Shown: positions 1 through 15,420, counted from the first letter of the stretch. The stretch is 64,000 bases of DNA from Eledone cirrhosa (GCA_964016885.1 OZ024743.1:71982001-72046000); one strand, 5' to 3'. A program made the numbers and translations. Notes: a model not told the origin generated them from the letters alone.

Positions 1-169
1 TAAAATGAAAGCGATTGAGGTTTTTGTATTTGTTTAGCACGATTTTTTAAAAATCTGAAAACGTGTTTTGATACAGATATTGTTGTACTTTGGGAGAGTC
101 ATGCTGCCAATAAAATAAATACACACGCACCTGTTGGATTTCACTTTAATTTACTCTTATAATTTTCCG

Positions 170-585
170 CATGGTTAGTATAAAACCGGATGGTTGTTTA
201 TTTGTTTATTGTCAAAGTAGTTTCGTCGCACATTCTGTGAGCTCTACAGTGATTACGTTTGTTGTTAGATTGTCTCTCCTTTGATCTGTTCTACTTCATC
301 TTGTTTTGTTAGCAGTATGACCCTCCCAATGAATATCAATGTCGATACACAAAACGCCACCACCAACAGTTTTGCAAGAGATTTTATTTTTATCTAAAGA
401 CATTTCTTCCAATTCCATCCCGCTCATCCCCTCAATCTATCTTATTTCTCATCTTTTCTTCTGATGAAGGAGTAGCGTCCGAAACGTTAAGACCCTCTTC
501 CTGCTATATCAAGCGTTAACCTAATATATCCCTTCCATATACTGTACCGATTGTGTTGTTATTTCTGTTTACCCTTTACATATAC
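170..585 (+). mobile_element. Degenerate Penelope-like element 3' end (endonuclease C-terminal remnant plus pLTR)
   Basis: Remnant 'DFIF-YLKTFLP'-like peptide near 378-411, then a minimal HHR and an AT-rich tail running into (TA)n. Confidence 0.45.
457..492 (+). ncRNA. Minimal type I hammerhead ribozyme
   Basis: tctt-CTGATGA-a-gga(gtagcg)tcc-GAAAC-GTT-aaga; stem I tctt/aaga; palindromic ACGT in place of stem III. Confidence 0.7.
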
Positions 586-749
586 TGTATATATATATAT
601 AGAGAGAGAGATATATAAATGTAATCTGAGTTTTTCGAATATTAATAATAACATTCGATTCGTTTGCAATGTTGCAAACAAGCCTCAATTTTATAGCCAT
701 TTCAGTAGAATTAACCCTTCATTCTTGCTCTTGTGTTGGCATGTAAACA

Positions 750-792
750 GAACTACAGACACTAATGTTTCTGGGTATCATCAGTACAGCTC
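750..792 (-). ncRNA. HHR, family F2 (7-nt deletion in stem II)
   Basis: Reverse strand reads gagctgta-CTGATGA-taccca-GAAACA(ttag)TGTC-tgtagttc. Confidence 0.6.
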
Positions 793-1246
793 ACTGTTTA
801 CCTGCCAAACTGTCAGAGCTAGTGAAAATATCTGCTATTTTCAAAAATACACAGTGACTGATCGGCCTGATTTGCATATTAGCAGACTGGCTGATCAGTC
901 AGATCTGCATATCAGCAGACTCGCCAGTCAGTTTCCTGTATACGAGCGATAACTGGCCGACTTTGCCAAATTCAAATAAAAAAAAAAAGAAAATGTTCGC
1001 TCTACATGGCTGAATACAATAAATGTAATCTCAGTTTTCCGAATATTAATAATTGTTTCTACTTTTCGCACAAGGCCAGCAATAACATTCGATTCGTTTG
1101 CAATTTTGCAAACAAGCCTGAATTTTATAGCCATGTCAGTAGAATGAACCCTTCATTCTTGCTCTTGTGTTGGCATGCGAACAGAACTGTATTTTTGAAA
1201 ATAACATATATTTTCACTAGCTCTGACAGTTTGGCAGGTGAACAGT

Positions 1247-1296
1247 GAGCTGTATTGATGAAGGGTGATACCCAGAAACATTAGTGCCTGCAGTTC
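1247..1296 (+). ncRNA. HHR, family F2 (mutated copy)
   Basis: gagctgta-TTGATGA-a-gggt(gat)accc-a-GAAACA(ttag)TGCC-tgcagttc; combining the two copies gives a canonical GUC hammerhead. Confidence 0.6.
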
Positions 1297-1463
1297 TGTT
1301 CACATGCCGAAACAAGAGGAAGAATGAAGGGTTCATTCTACTAACATGGCTCTAAAATTGAGGCTTGTTTGCAAAATTGCAAGCGAATCGAATGTTATTA
1401 TTAATATTCGAAAAACTCAGATTACATTTATTGTACTCAGCCATGTAGAGCGAACATTTTCTT

Positions 1464-1500
<37 letters not shown>

Positions 1501-1874
1501 AGTGTGTGAGAGTGTGTGTGTGTGTGCGCAAATGTGTATGTAGTAGTATGTATTTTTTTCACACATCCTTAAAAACTTATTTGCTTTTTCTATGACGTCT
1601 CCTTGTTAGTTTCTCAATTTATCGCCTGCTGTCAATGTACCTTTATCGTATTCCACGATAAAGAACACATAATTGTATTTGCGAAATCTCTGATTACAAT
1701 TCCATTTCTTTTTAGATCTGGTGAAAATGTCAAAGTTCTCGTGACGGTCTGGAACTTGCAAAATTCAGACAATCTGGTTAGTCTAGTAAATATCTTCAAG
1801 GCGATATATTTGGTAAACAATTGGGCAAGTAAATTGTCATTTCGGCAAATTAAGTATTCTTGTACTACACACAC

Positions 1875-2174
<300 letters not shown>

Positions 2175-2414
2175 AAGCGCCAAGTACACACTAATCCGAA
2201 GAGAGCCACACCCAGAACAATCTCAAGCAATCATCGAATGATCTATACGTAAATAATAGACTCAGCAAACAAAGATAAGAGTAAACAAAACATCCAGTGG
2301 ACAAACCATCGGAGTCCAAACTTGTAAACACTACATCCGTACAAGCAAAGCCGATCATGAACTAAATGTCTGTATTAACACTAAGGCACCCCCCTGTAAC
2401 CCTTCTAAATATGA

Positions 2415-2466
<52 letters not shown>

Positions 2467-2468
<2 letters not shown>

Positions 2469-5400
2469 CTTTACTTTGATAACTTTTATAGGTTTCGACC
2501 AGTATTGCCCCAGGCCATGTCTAATTTAATAGCACCACCTGGCGAAGTCTTACAAATCAGTGTTTGGGTACCATGGCTCACTCGAGCAGAGAGTTATTGT
2601 TTACGGAGGCATATCCGGGTGTAAGAGGCTTATCCGGGATTTCTTGAAGGAATTTGTCCAAAGACCTCTTGAACTTGATGGGGTCTGTTTCTGTTTCGAT
2701 GTGTTTTGGTGTAATGTTAAAGAGAGCAGGGCCAATTGAGGTGAAATTATTGTGCCGTATTGTTGTTATGAGATGCGAGTGAGAGTTTTGTCGTGGGCCC
2801 AAGCCTTGGGTGTAGATTAAAGGTGATGCCAACATAATTTGGGCAAAGCTGATGGAATATTTTCCACATCATGCAGATAATGTAGCGCTCACGGCGACCT
2901 TGGAGAGAAAGTTTGAGGTTTTCTAATCGACTCCAGTAGTCAAGGCCTGTCATGCCATCTATCTTTATGTAATCGATCTTTGAGGTGCTTCAACTTTCAT
3001 GATACTTTGTTTCGTGTGGGGAGACCACAGTGGCCAACAGCATTCAAGGTGGCGTCGGACAAAAGTGGAGAAGAGAAGGATAACAGTGTCGATATCTCTC
3101 GACTGGAAGGTTCTGAGAATCCAGCAACACATTCTGCGGGTCATGTCAACTTTGCTATTTATATGAGTGGCCCAGCTTATGTTATTGTCCACAATTACTC
3201 CCAGGTCTCTGATGTTGTGCATGCCACTAGAGTTTCACCCGAAGGAAGAGAGTATGGTAGTTTCGGGGCATCCTTTTTTCCTAAGTGGAGTAATACAAAC
3301 GTATCCTCATTCAACAGCATATTATTCTTTTCTGCCCATTAGATAACAGGAAGTAGGTCTGACTGAAGGTAAGTCCGGTCACCCACCTCATTGATGACCC
3401 TTTGGTGTTTGGAATCATCTGCGAAGATTCTTATGTAGCTGTGCTTGATGCTGTCAGTAATGCCATTAATGTAGATGATGAAAAGAAGTGGGCCCAACAC
3501 AGTGCATTGTGGGCCGCCACTGCTGACTTTGGCAGTGCTATTTTACTCCTTCGACAACATGTTGGGTTCTGTCTGTCAGGAAACATTTGATCCACTGTAG
3601 TAACTTTCCAGAGACACTAATATTGGATAGTTATTTCAGTAGAATCTTAAAATCAACCCTGTCAAAAGCCTTGCTGAAGTCAACGTAGATGACATCAGTG
3701 TTGGAGCCGTCTCCCAAGTCATCGTCAAAGAGATGCAGGAGCTGCGTTAGGCAGTCCCTTCCATTACGGAACCCATGTTGTTTGGAGTTCAGCAGGCCGT
3801 TGCTTTCAAGAAAGTGGGCTATTCGTGATCTCACCATCCTCTCAAATACCTTGAGAATAAGAGAGGTGAGTGAGATTGGACGGTAGTTCACTGCAAGGGA
3901 CTTATTTCCCTGTTTGAAGACTGGGACAACGGACTGGGACAGAAAGCTTTCAGGAATATAGTCAGTATCCACAGAGTTCCTCCACAGATTAGTTAGAGGA
4001 GATGCAAGTTGGTGTCGACACACCTTCAGGATACAAGCAGAGAACCTGCCGGGGCCTACTGCTGAATTGTGTTTAATTTCGTTTATTGCCGCTAAGACAT
4101 CAGGGGCGCCAAACGTTATGTCTGATATAGTGTGTTGGGGATTAACATCACTGATCCAGCCCAGATCGGCCATATCAGGATTGCTGAAAACAGAGCAGTA
4201 TAGTTTCTGCAGTATTTTGCCCATGGTTTTGGCATAATCTTGGAGTTTGCCATTTTCATCAACTAGGGGGCCAACAGTGGAGACAGTGACCTTGTGTTTT
4301 TTAATGAAAAGAACTCTTTGGGGTTGAGTTTGATTTTGTTAGTGGCCCACTTCTCTTCAGCTGTTCTCTGCTTATTGATAATGCTCTTCATGCATTGTTG
4401 GAGGTTATATTTTTTTTTATTCAAGCAGAGCGATAGCCGTCGAATGTGTGTGTTGTTGTTGGCAGTAATTTAGTGTGCTAATTTTTTTGTTTGTTTTTTT
4501 TAGTTTTCTAATAATTGTTTTTCTGTTTTGGGCGATATTGCACTTGGTTTTGTTCACAGATTTTGGTGGGGTGTATTTTGTACATATATTTGTGACAGTG
4601 TCTACAAAGATCTGCAAGATGTTTTGATGTTGGTGGAAATGTGATGTGTGCGTGTGTAAAAGACCAGTCAACAAGTAATAGTTTGTTCATAATTGCATCC
4701 CAGTTGGCATTGTTGAGATCCATGTTATCAAATGGGTGGTATGGAAAGAGGTCCCTAGGATTAGCTTTCGGCTAGTGGAATCTCAGGTTAACAAAGAACC
4801 ATGTCACGGTCTGAGAGAAGGGTTTTTCCCACTGTAATATTATGTCCAGTGTTAGTGTGGTTACTAAACACTAGATCGAGGATGTGCTTCTGATGCCTTG
4901 TTGGTGCAAGGGCAATTTGGGAAGAAAAACTCATTCATGAAGTCAAGAAGTGACTCGACTGTTTCTTAGTCAGTGATTGAGGTTGGAGTGCCTGGTTTAA
5001 AACTGTTTGTAGACCAATCGACACAGGGTAGATTAACGTCTCCCATCAAAAGTATGTTGCTAGAATGACACTGTTTAATAAAGCATTTAATGCTGTTGAG
5101 GCATTCTTTGAAGCAGATTATGGGTGTTTGTGGTGGCCTATAGAGCCCAACTAATATCAGGTCATTGGCTTTGTTGTGCACAGTGACTGATTCACAGTAG
5201 CCATTGGAGAATGTTGTGTTACCATCTGCTGTAAAGGAATCATGCAGGAAAATGGCAGTTCCACCCTTCCTTCTGCCAACACGATCCGCGCGGATGGTTA
5301 TGAAATTGCTCACTCTTACTTCGGCCTCCAAGTGGGAGTTTTCAAGGTGGGTCTCAGTAAGAATGAAGAAGGGGATGTGAAATGGATGGTTACAAACACA

Positions 5401-5751
5401 ATCCTCAATGAATTGGATGTTCCATTTCTGTGCATTGATGGATGGGCTGATACCTTGTGTATTGAGTAAAAATGTGGAGGTTATTGTGGTGGCTTGTTTT
5501 GACTGTTGCAGACGGCTTGTTTTGAGATTGTGTGTTAGGGACAGCAAGGATGGTGTTGGGTGATGGCTAAAATCTATAGTGTCTCCCGTTGGGAATATCG
5601 GCAGATTTTGGGTCTCCGACTTATTCGTGTGGGCAACGTGCTTTGGTGTTGGCTGGCAGTGTTAGTTAGTCTAGTACCAGGTAAATGGGTAAATATGCAG
5701 TTGCTACGTGTGCATAGTCTCTGACGTAGTGAGTAGCGGCATAGTTTGGTT
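2467..5751 (-). mobile_element. Decayed CR1/L2-group LINE (ORF1 remnant, APE endonuclease, reverse transcriptase)
   Basis: APE motifs ILTETHL, RADR..RKGGGTAIF, LYRPP, MGDVN (4966-5547). RT motifs NYRPISLTS, QHGFR, DFSKAFD (3631-4224). C-terminal IRDLGVIVD, WSPH (2965-3222). Many stops and frameshifts. Confidence 0.9.
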
Positions 5752-5916
5752 ATAGCTACTGTCTCTCAGAGAGTGGGATTGGCTCAGTGCACAGTCTTTC
5801 CTCACTTTAAAAAATATCTCACGCACAGGCATTGCACGATAGAATTAATTAATAATTATTAATAATGTTATAACGTGCAATGGCCATGCATGCTCGATAA
5901 CGAGGGGGCATCCATC

Positions 5917-5917
<1 letters not shown>

Positions 5918-6008
<91 letters not shown>

Positions 6009-6012
6009 ATAT
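5918..6012. repeat. (TA)n microsatellite
   Basis: Direct reading. Confidence 0.95.
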
Positions 6013-6600
6013 ATTAATTCAAAATATTAACAAAAATAGACATTCGTGTGTTCAAGTATATTTTATTATACCTATTTTAGAGGTACTGAGCTATCTTCAA
6101 CAGTACGTCCTCATCAGATAAAATAAGATGATGCATGACATACCTGACTAAGTAGATGGTTAAAATTCAGTCATGGCAGTGAATAAGATATGACAAAACT
6201 TAATATTTATATACCTTAAGATTGAGACATGAAAAAATTACATATAATACAGAGGGTGTGGGAAAGCTTATAAAGATACATAATAATAAACAACCACTAA
6301 TATAATACAAACTTACATAACTGTTAGAGATTCAAATAATTTAAATTATTGAACAAAGAAGTGAAAGACAGAGAGAGAAACAGATGAGGAAAACGAGAGT
6401 TACTAGAAGTATAGAAATATCTTATGAACGAAAGCAAAAGAAAATTGATTAAGGATAGAGAGACGGGGATAAAATAATTGTTATGGTATAAAGCATAGGG
6501 AGGGAGATTTGTATCCCCGTCTCTCTACCCTTAATCAATTTTCTTTTGCTTTCGTTCATAAGATATTTTTATACTACATAAGATATTTCTCTACCCTTAA
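6013..6600 (-). mobile_element. PLE pLTR/3' UTR fragment with HHR at 6059-6125 and short inverted duplication (6412-6471 vs 6512-6568)
   Basis: Reverse strand tattttat-CTGATGA-ggacgtactg...cagtacctc-TAAAA...ataaaata; same family as 22069-22129 and 43219-43344. Confidence 0.6.
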
Positions 6601-7439
6601 ACATTATTGCACGGTTAGTTTTCTCTTTCATTTTCATTTTCGTCTTCGTTTTCTGAGATTAACAGCAGATGGAGATCTATTGAAATGGTCCCCGTTTAAC
6701 ATTTGAGATTCTTGTTGTTTTGATGATTTTAAAAAAATACGAACCATATAAACAGGAAATAGTGTTTAATTGGGTGTTTCTGCCCCGCTTTGTATGAAAT
6801 AAGTGTTTTTCATGCATTTTTCCATGACCTTTAAAGTTGTGGAATCACTATAAAAATTAATATAGTGCCTTCGAGGTTGATAGATGAAGGAAGTCGCTAT
6901 AATGGTAGTGGCAGCCTTACTTATGTATAGGAATATAGATGGAATTCACATTCTCAATTAAAAAGATCTATAATTGGAAAAAATACATTCTTAATAAAAT
7001 TTGAAAAAAAAAATAACCAAGAAGGATTATTTGAGAAAGGTCGAGTGAACGAACAATATCAGCAACAGCCTGGATATTATCACTACGAACGTTTACCGGT
7101 GACCGTAGCTTGGCCAATGTTAGCAACAACAACTACAGCCACGAAGATGCCTATGTAAATAACAGCCCCTATAACAACATAGTTTATCCGCGTAAAGAGG
7201 ACCTGGGAGGAATTGATGTGATAAGGGGAAGTATACTAGATGGAATCATAATGAGTAATTCTATGTTTGTCCAAATGTTTTCTATAAAACTGTTAGTGTA
7301 TCTTATATACCCCAGAAATGGAAGTTTGAAATAGTGTATATGATATTTGAGAACAAGTCTGTTATGTCGGCGAAGTCGATATTTTGGTATTATACATCAG
7401 CTGCTGAAAACTGAGGAATCCCGTACAATAGACGTCGCA

Positions 7440-7840
7440 CTATAGGGTAAGTTTGGAGCCGGGTATATGGGACAAAACCATGAAATGCTGCACAAAAGAA
7501 TCAACAAGAATCAACAATTGATTGAGATTTTCAAAAAAATTAAGTGGGAACTTTAAGAGAATATCTAACACATACGATATAATAGCTGGTGTTCTTGATA
7601 GACCTCCATATCCGTATGACACCCACGTAGTATAAAATCATGTAAGTGACATATTTCATCAGTGCTTCCAGTTTTACAATGGACAGTGTACAGTAAGAAA
7701 CCTAATTGGGACCTGTATGATAGAAACACTAACACATACCCTTCCTGTCCTGAAGTTGATGAATACTGAAACAATACGAAACAGGTGAGAACTAAAGTGG
7801 GCCGCAGGAGAAGCTCACCAAGAATGACGGAGACTTACTG
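7440..7840 (+). pseudogene. Possible highly degraded R4/Dong-type non-LTR fragment
   Basis: Scattered GIW..., PNW... and PEVDEY peptides only; weak. Confidence 0.2.
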
Positions 7841-8369
7841 CAAAGTAATTTTTGCTTGCTATTTAAGTAATTAGCAATTGGGAAATGTTCTCTTGCACAT
7901 CAGTGTCTAAGCCAGAGGTTAGGCTTTACGTTTTCTATTCATCATTACTCGGTGAAGTGATGGTCATTTAATTTAGATGTGGTAGCCATCTGTATATCTA
8001 CAGTTCCATAAAACAACCATGCAATCAAGCACCATTCCCCTGACTCAATACAAGGCGTAAAACTCAGTCCGGTTCATCATGAAGAAAGACTATTGTTTAG
8101 CGTATGCATTAGTCATGAAGTGTGAGTGATGTTGGATTCGAGCAGCAAGTTTATGGACGTAGAGGTTAATACGATACCAGTAGCCGTCTCTAATTCTTCA
8201 AATGCCTGGAGACTTTATGGATACATCTCTTCTAACCAATATCAGTGACTTTAATGAAATATTAAAAGCCGAGAATGGTTGCAACAAGTAGGTAGGGGGA
8301 AGGAGGGCACTAGTAAGCTGAATATAATCAATCGATACAAGCAACGCAACATATACAAATATAATCAAT

Positions 8370-8573
8370 GGTGGATTGGCAGTATCGGTAGAGGATCGGA
8401 CGCCATGCTTTGCAGCATGGAGTTACTCCCCTTTATAATCCGAGTTCAAATCTCGCCGAAGTTAACTTTGCCTTTTATCCTTACGAGGTCGATAAAATAA
8501 AGTACCAGTCACGCACTGGGGTCTATTTAATCGACTTTCACCTCCCACAAAACTGCTGGCCTTGTGCCTAATA
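8370..8573 (+). mobile_element. tRNA-derived SINE (octopus-type)
   Basis: A-box-like tggcagtatcggtaga, B-box GAGTTCAAATC, core gaggttaactttgcctttcatcc...gtcgataaaataaagtaccagt shared with about 18 other copies. Confidence 0.85.
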
Positions 8574-9029
8574 CACAACTGAATCATTCGCTTAATAGAG
8601 GTGTTACCTCCCTTGCTGAATCCCACGAGGGGTCAGTAATAGCTACACTATCTATAGCATATTGGAGCAAAACCCGTTGAAAACACGACTGCAGAAGCCC
8701 AACATTCTTTATGTAGGCGGACAGTACCTGATTTGGAGTCGCAGAAACCAATACTGGATTTTACCATCAGTCCAGGGTCCGGGAAAGTATCAACACATAT
8801 ATTTTTATTGTTTGACCCGAATTACTTGGTCGTTTTGATTTTGGCTGTGCGGATGATATGTTTAACCATCATCTCAGTGTGTTTGGCCCTTAACGTATGT
8901 TGTAGCTCTGATTCATATGATTCATCGAGCGCTTGCCACACATATCGGACGTTGATTTTCGTTAATTCCTGAGCTGAAAACGATTCTCGCTAATTTATAT
9001 TTGTAAGAAACCAATATATATAGACACTA

Positions 9030-9215
9030 GGCGGAGAATTGGCAGTATAGGTAGAGGGTCGAACGCCATGCTTTCCAGTATAGTTACGTCCCTTTACCGT
9101 CTGAGTTCAAATCCTGTCAAGGTTACCTTTGCCTTTCATCCTTACAGGGTCGATAAAATAAAGTACCAGTAATGCACTGGGTAATTGCTGGCCTTGTGCC
9201 AAAAGTATAAACAAT
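9030..9215 (+). mobile_element. tRNA-derived SINE
   Basis: Same consensus. Confidence 0.85.
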
Positions 9216-10164
9216 ATATATAGACAGTGACCAATGCCTGAAGAACGGATTCGTTGTTCTAAATCCACAGAACTGGACGATATTTCTATGATTGGTTTTG
9301 ACTAACCAGATATTTGCACCACTAGCACTACCAAGTCAAGGTTTTCATAACGCTATGCACAGCTTTCCGCTGAATTTCCTGCGGAATGGACCAGCCAGTG
9401 GATTCTTGACAATGCAGATTTATCTCTATAACGCTGGTGCATATTCTTGCAACTAGTCCCCTGCAGACATTCGAACGTAGAATGTCAACCACGTGAAGGC
9501 TATCAGTCTCTGATATCTTAGCAGCAGTCAAGTGCTCAGTCTTGCAATTTTCACGGCTCAAAACTGCATCTGGGTCAAAGAGATGACATGTGGGAGAACA
9601 GACTTTAAAAAAGTGTAACCTTTTAAGCCCCACATTCACGAATCTCTGTCTTTATAGATGCCACAACCACATCCTTTTCCCCTCTCAGCAGACTTGGCAT
9701 ACTATATCTTGTGTTGAAAGTCAAACAAATTTACTGTATCACTATTTTTTCATCTACCTCAAATTAAACAAATGTGACACACAAAGTCCCACCAAAAGTG
9801 CAAACACAGTCAGAGGTCACACCTCAAGGATATTGTCCGAAAGTGGAAGATCCGAACTCCCAATGTGTTCGCCTCCATCTCTCTCGCCCTCCCCACATCT
9901 CTGTATTGTGGGCAAATGGGGTCCAACGTGCTGACTTCCCCCACAGCCCAGACGGACAGAATGGAGAAGGCATTTCTCCGAAGGATGTTTAAAGTTGGCT
10001 TCAAGCAGTGTGATCATCTCACTTCTGTAACGCAAACATTTTAGGAAGTGAAAGAAAAGAGGTTTCAGTTTGGTGAGACGGAAAGTAAGTCGAGTTACGA
10101 TGAACAAACATATATAACAGTGGCGATGATGTTTTTGATGAATATGTTGATGATGATGAGGGCT

Positions 10165-10246
10165 ATAGCACTAATACTACTACTACTATAAATACTACTA
10201 CTACTACTACTACTACTACTACAACAACTACTACTACTACTACTAC

Positions 10247-10278
<32 letters not shown>

Positions 10279-10583
10279 ATACTACTACTACCACCATTAC
10301 TACTACTAATGCTACCGCCATTACGGTAATTACTACTACTACTTCCAACACCACCGCTACTATTACTACCACCACCAGCAACTCTACTTCTACTATTACT
10401 ACCACCACAATTAATACTACCACCACCACTGCTACTACTACTTCCAACACCACCGCTACTACTACAACCACCACTGCTACTACAACCTCCACCACCACCC
10501 CCGCTGCTGCTGCTACTGCTACTACTACTACTACTACTACTAGTACTACTACTACTACTACTAAACTACTAATAGTAATAATT
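10165..10583. repeat. (CTA)n/(CCA)n trinucleotide tract
   Basis: Direct reading; explains the spurious poly-Val ORF. Confidence 0.95.
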
Positions 10584-10585
10584 AG

Positions 10586-10840
10586 GATTTGGAACTGCCA
10601 AGAAGTCAAAGTGGTCCCGATTGTCATAGGCGCACTAGGGACTATCTCAAAGAGTTTCCAGGGATGGTTAAAGAAAATTGGCCCCGCCTCGCTGTTTGGA
10701 ACGCTTCAAAAGGCATGCTTGCTGGGAACAGCAAGAACCCTCCGATACGTCCTGAATATCTGAGGCTGCAGGTAGTGGCTTGATATTCATTTCAACAAAC
10801 TTTCCAGTTAACTAACATCAATGACTGAAACTCAAAGAAC

Positions 10841-10900
<60 letters not shown>
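10586..10900 (+). mobile_element. R4/Dong-clade non-LTR retrotransposon 3' end with (TAA)n tail
   Basis: Translates IWNCQEVKVVPIVIGALGTIS...LQKACLLGTARTLRYVL*, then (TAA)n at 10842-10900. Confidence 0.75.
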
Positions 10901-10902
<2 letters not shown>

Positions 10903-11442
10903 TTTCTTTATTGGCCACAAGGGCTGACATCAAGAAAAACGTCACAGACGGAACAGGACGGTACGATGTGGGTTTTGTGCGTGTAAATATTTTTATTATT
11001 TATATAGAAAAGAAAAAAGACATGAAACATATATATATATATAAACAATAAATTGAAAATTGAAACAATGAAAAATTCCCCAATAGGGGGGAAACCTCCG
11101 TGGGTTACTCTAACAACAAATAATGGTAAAAACCAAAGTACCAATAATAGCGGTTGAATTGGCAATAAATTATTCGAAAAGATTTTGCTTCGTAATGTGA
11201 ATGGCAATTATAAGTATGATTCAATATTTGGCGGGATTAAGGTCGATCAGCATATTGGAGTAGAGAGATTGATAGCTTTGATTAAATACAATACGTTGAT
11301 AATTTCAGTCTGACTACCGACAAATGATTAACTTCAAATACTGTGAAATGAAGTCAACTTCCATGCCAAATATTTATTGTCATACTTGCCAATTCCCCGA
11401 TTGGCTTACCGGATTAAGAAACCTAGAAAAACATTACATCAA

Positions 11443-11609
11443 CACACACACACACACGTATGTATATATATATATGTATATACATATAAATATACATTCA
11501 TACATATATATATACATACAAACATATACTTACATATATACATATATATACATATATATATATACATATATATACATATATATATATACATATATATATA
11601 TATACATAC

Positions 11610-11672
<63 letters not shown>

Positions 11673-11673
11673 A
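11443..11673. repeat. (CA)n/(TA)n compound microsatellite
   Basis: Direct reading. Confidence 0.95.
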
Positions 11674-11820
11674 TAATTGTTTCTATTTTTAGGCACAAGG
11701 CCAGCAATTACGCAGTACAATTACCTAGTACTTTATTTTATCGACCCCGTAATGTTGAAAGGCAAAGTTAACCTCGGCGGGATTTGAACTCAGATCATAA
11801 AGGGACGTAACTCCTTGCTT
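11674..11820 (-). mobile_element. tRNA-derived SINE (5' truncated)
   Basis: Reverse complement of the consensus. Confidence 0.8.
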
Positions 11821-11908
11821 ATAATAATAATACTATTTACAGTTATCTATATAGTATAAACATCTTAAATGATTTGAACAGAACTTTTATAATTGTATAA
11901 TTTATATA

Positions 11909-14090
<2,182 letters not shown>

Positions 14091-14621
14091 ATATATATAG
14101 TTTAATAAGATAACAAGGACGATTGGTTACTCCTTCATTACGTTTATTGGTTGGTGACGCGCGTTTCGCCACTGACCAGCTCCAGGTTCTATCTGACCTG
14201 ACTCTGTAATCCGCGGCTCCCTGGATATATATATATACATACACACATATGTATACATGCATATAAACATATGTATCAGTTGGACTAACGTCCGATTCGA
14301 CGACGTGTATTCCTGTTGTTCGATCAACGGAACAGCCTGCCCATTGATTAAGGTGTAAGTGTCTTAGCATTCTACAAACATGAATACACAAAATATAAAT
14401 TTCCCAAAGATTCCGTTTAGTAATGTGTGACAAGGCTGGTCCGTTGATTTACAAGCGTAGTCCATCATAACGGCTCACAGTTTCCCTCTATCCAGTTTCA
14501 CTCCCAAGGCATGGATCCACTCATAGCTATGTTAAACTTCCCTAAAATGCCATACGGAGAGCAAGAATACATACTCAGTTATTCAGTCTTGTATGTTAAG
14601 TATTTTCATGCAACATATATA

Positions 14622-14809
14622 TAATTGTTTCTACTTTTGGCACAAGGCCAGCAATTACCCAGTGCAATACTGGTACTTTATTTTATCGACCCTGTAAGGA
14701 TGAAAGCAAAGTTAACCTCGACGGGATTTGAACTCAGAATGACAAGAGCCGTAACTCTGTGCGTCAAAGCATGGCGTCGAACCCTCTACAGATACTGCCA
14801 ATCCACCGC
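14622..14809 (-). mobile_element. tRNA-derived SINE
   Basis: Reverse complement of the consensus. Confidence 0.85.
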
Positions 14810-15221
14810 AACATATGCATAATATGCAAGGTATATATAATAGTCAACGATATTCGTTGCTTTTACGAATGTAATTTTTAAATATGAAAAAGTAATAAAA
14901 ACTAGTACGCCACTAAAATGTAGGACACAGTATAATGCTAGTAGTTGTAGGTTACTATGTACTATTGTGATATAATCTATAGCCAACACAAGAGGTTTTA
15001 ATGAGGTGTACTAGAACAGAAAACCTGCTGGAAAGGCAAAAAATAAATATCAATGAAACTTATGTTGAACAATAGATAGTTCCATGTTAAGTGAATGAAT
15101 ATAATCAATTGCACCGTAATAAATTACAGAATGAGGCTCTGATTTCAATGAGAAATTTAACGAAGGAATCGTAAAATAACTGAAAAAATAAAATATCATT
15201 AATTTTCATCTATAAAAGGAC

Positions 15222-15420
15222 AAAGTGGTTAAAGTGTTGGTTGACAGTAATTGCACCGGCTTTTTACATTCTGAGTTCAAATCCCGCCATCATCAACGTT
15301 GCCTTTCATGCATTTGAAACCAATAAAATAAAGTAACTGTCAAGTTCTTGGGGCGATATCATCGACTTAAACTTATACCGTCAAAATTGCTGGCTTTGGG
15401 CCAACAATTAGAAACCATTA
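15222..15420 (+). mobile_element. tRNA-derived SINE (older variant)
   Basis: GAGTTCAAATCCCGCC, gcctttcat, aataaaataaagta. Confidence 0.75.

Larger units (their letters stand above)
617..1463. mobile_element. Retrozyme-like fold-back insert, family F2 (~404 bp monomer)
   Basis: Direct repeat (aaatgtaatc at ~618 and 1021), inversion at ~1188-1191, one HHR in each arm, (TA)n at both ends. Confidence 0.7.

Noticed and set aside
8370-8460. tRNA genes at the SINE heads
   Set aside because: A/B boxes are present but there is no full cloverleaf, and each head is fused to the SINE body.
9236-9290. CTGAAGA-containing HHR candidate (also CTGAGA...GAAAC near 35376-35400)
   Set aside because: The GAAA core or the stems are missing or inconsistent.
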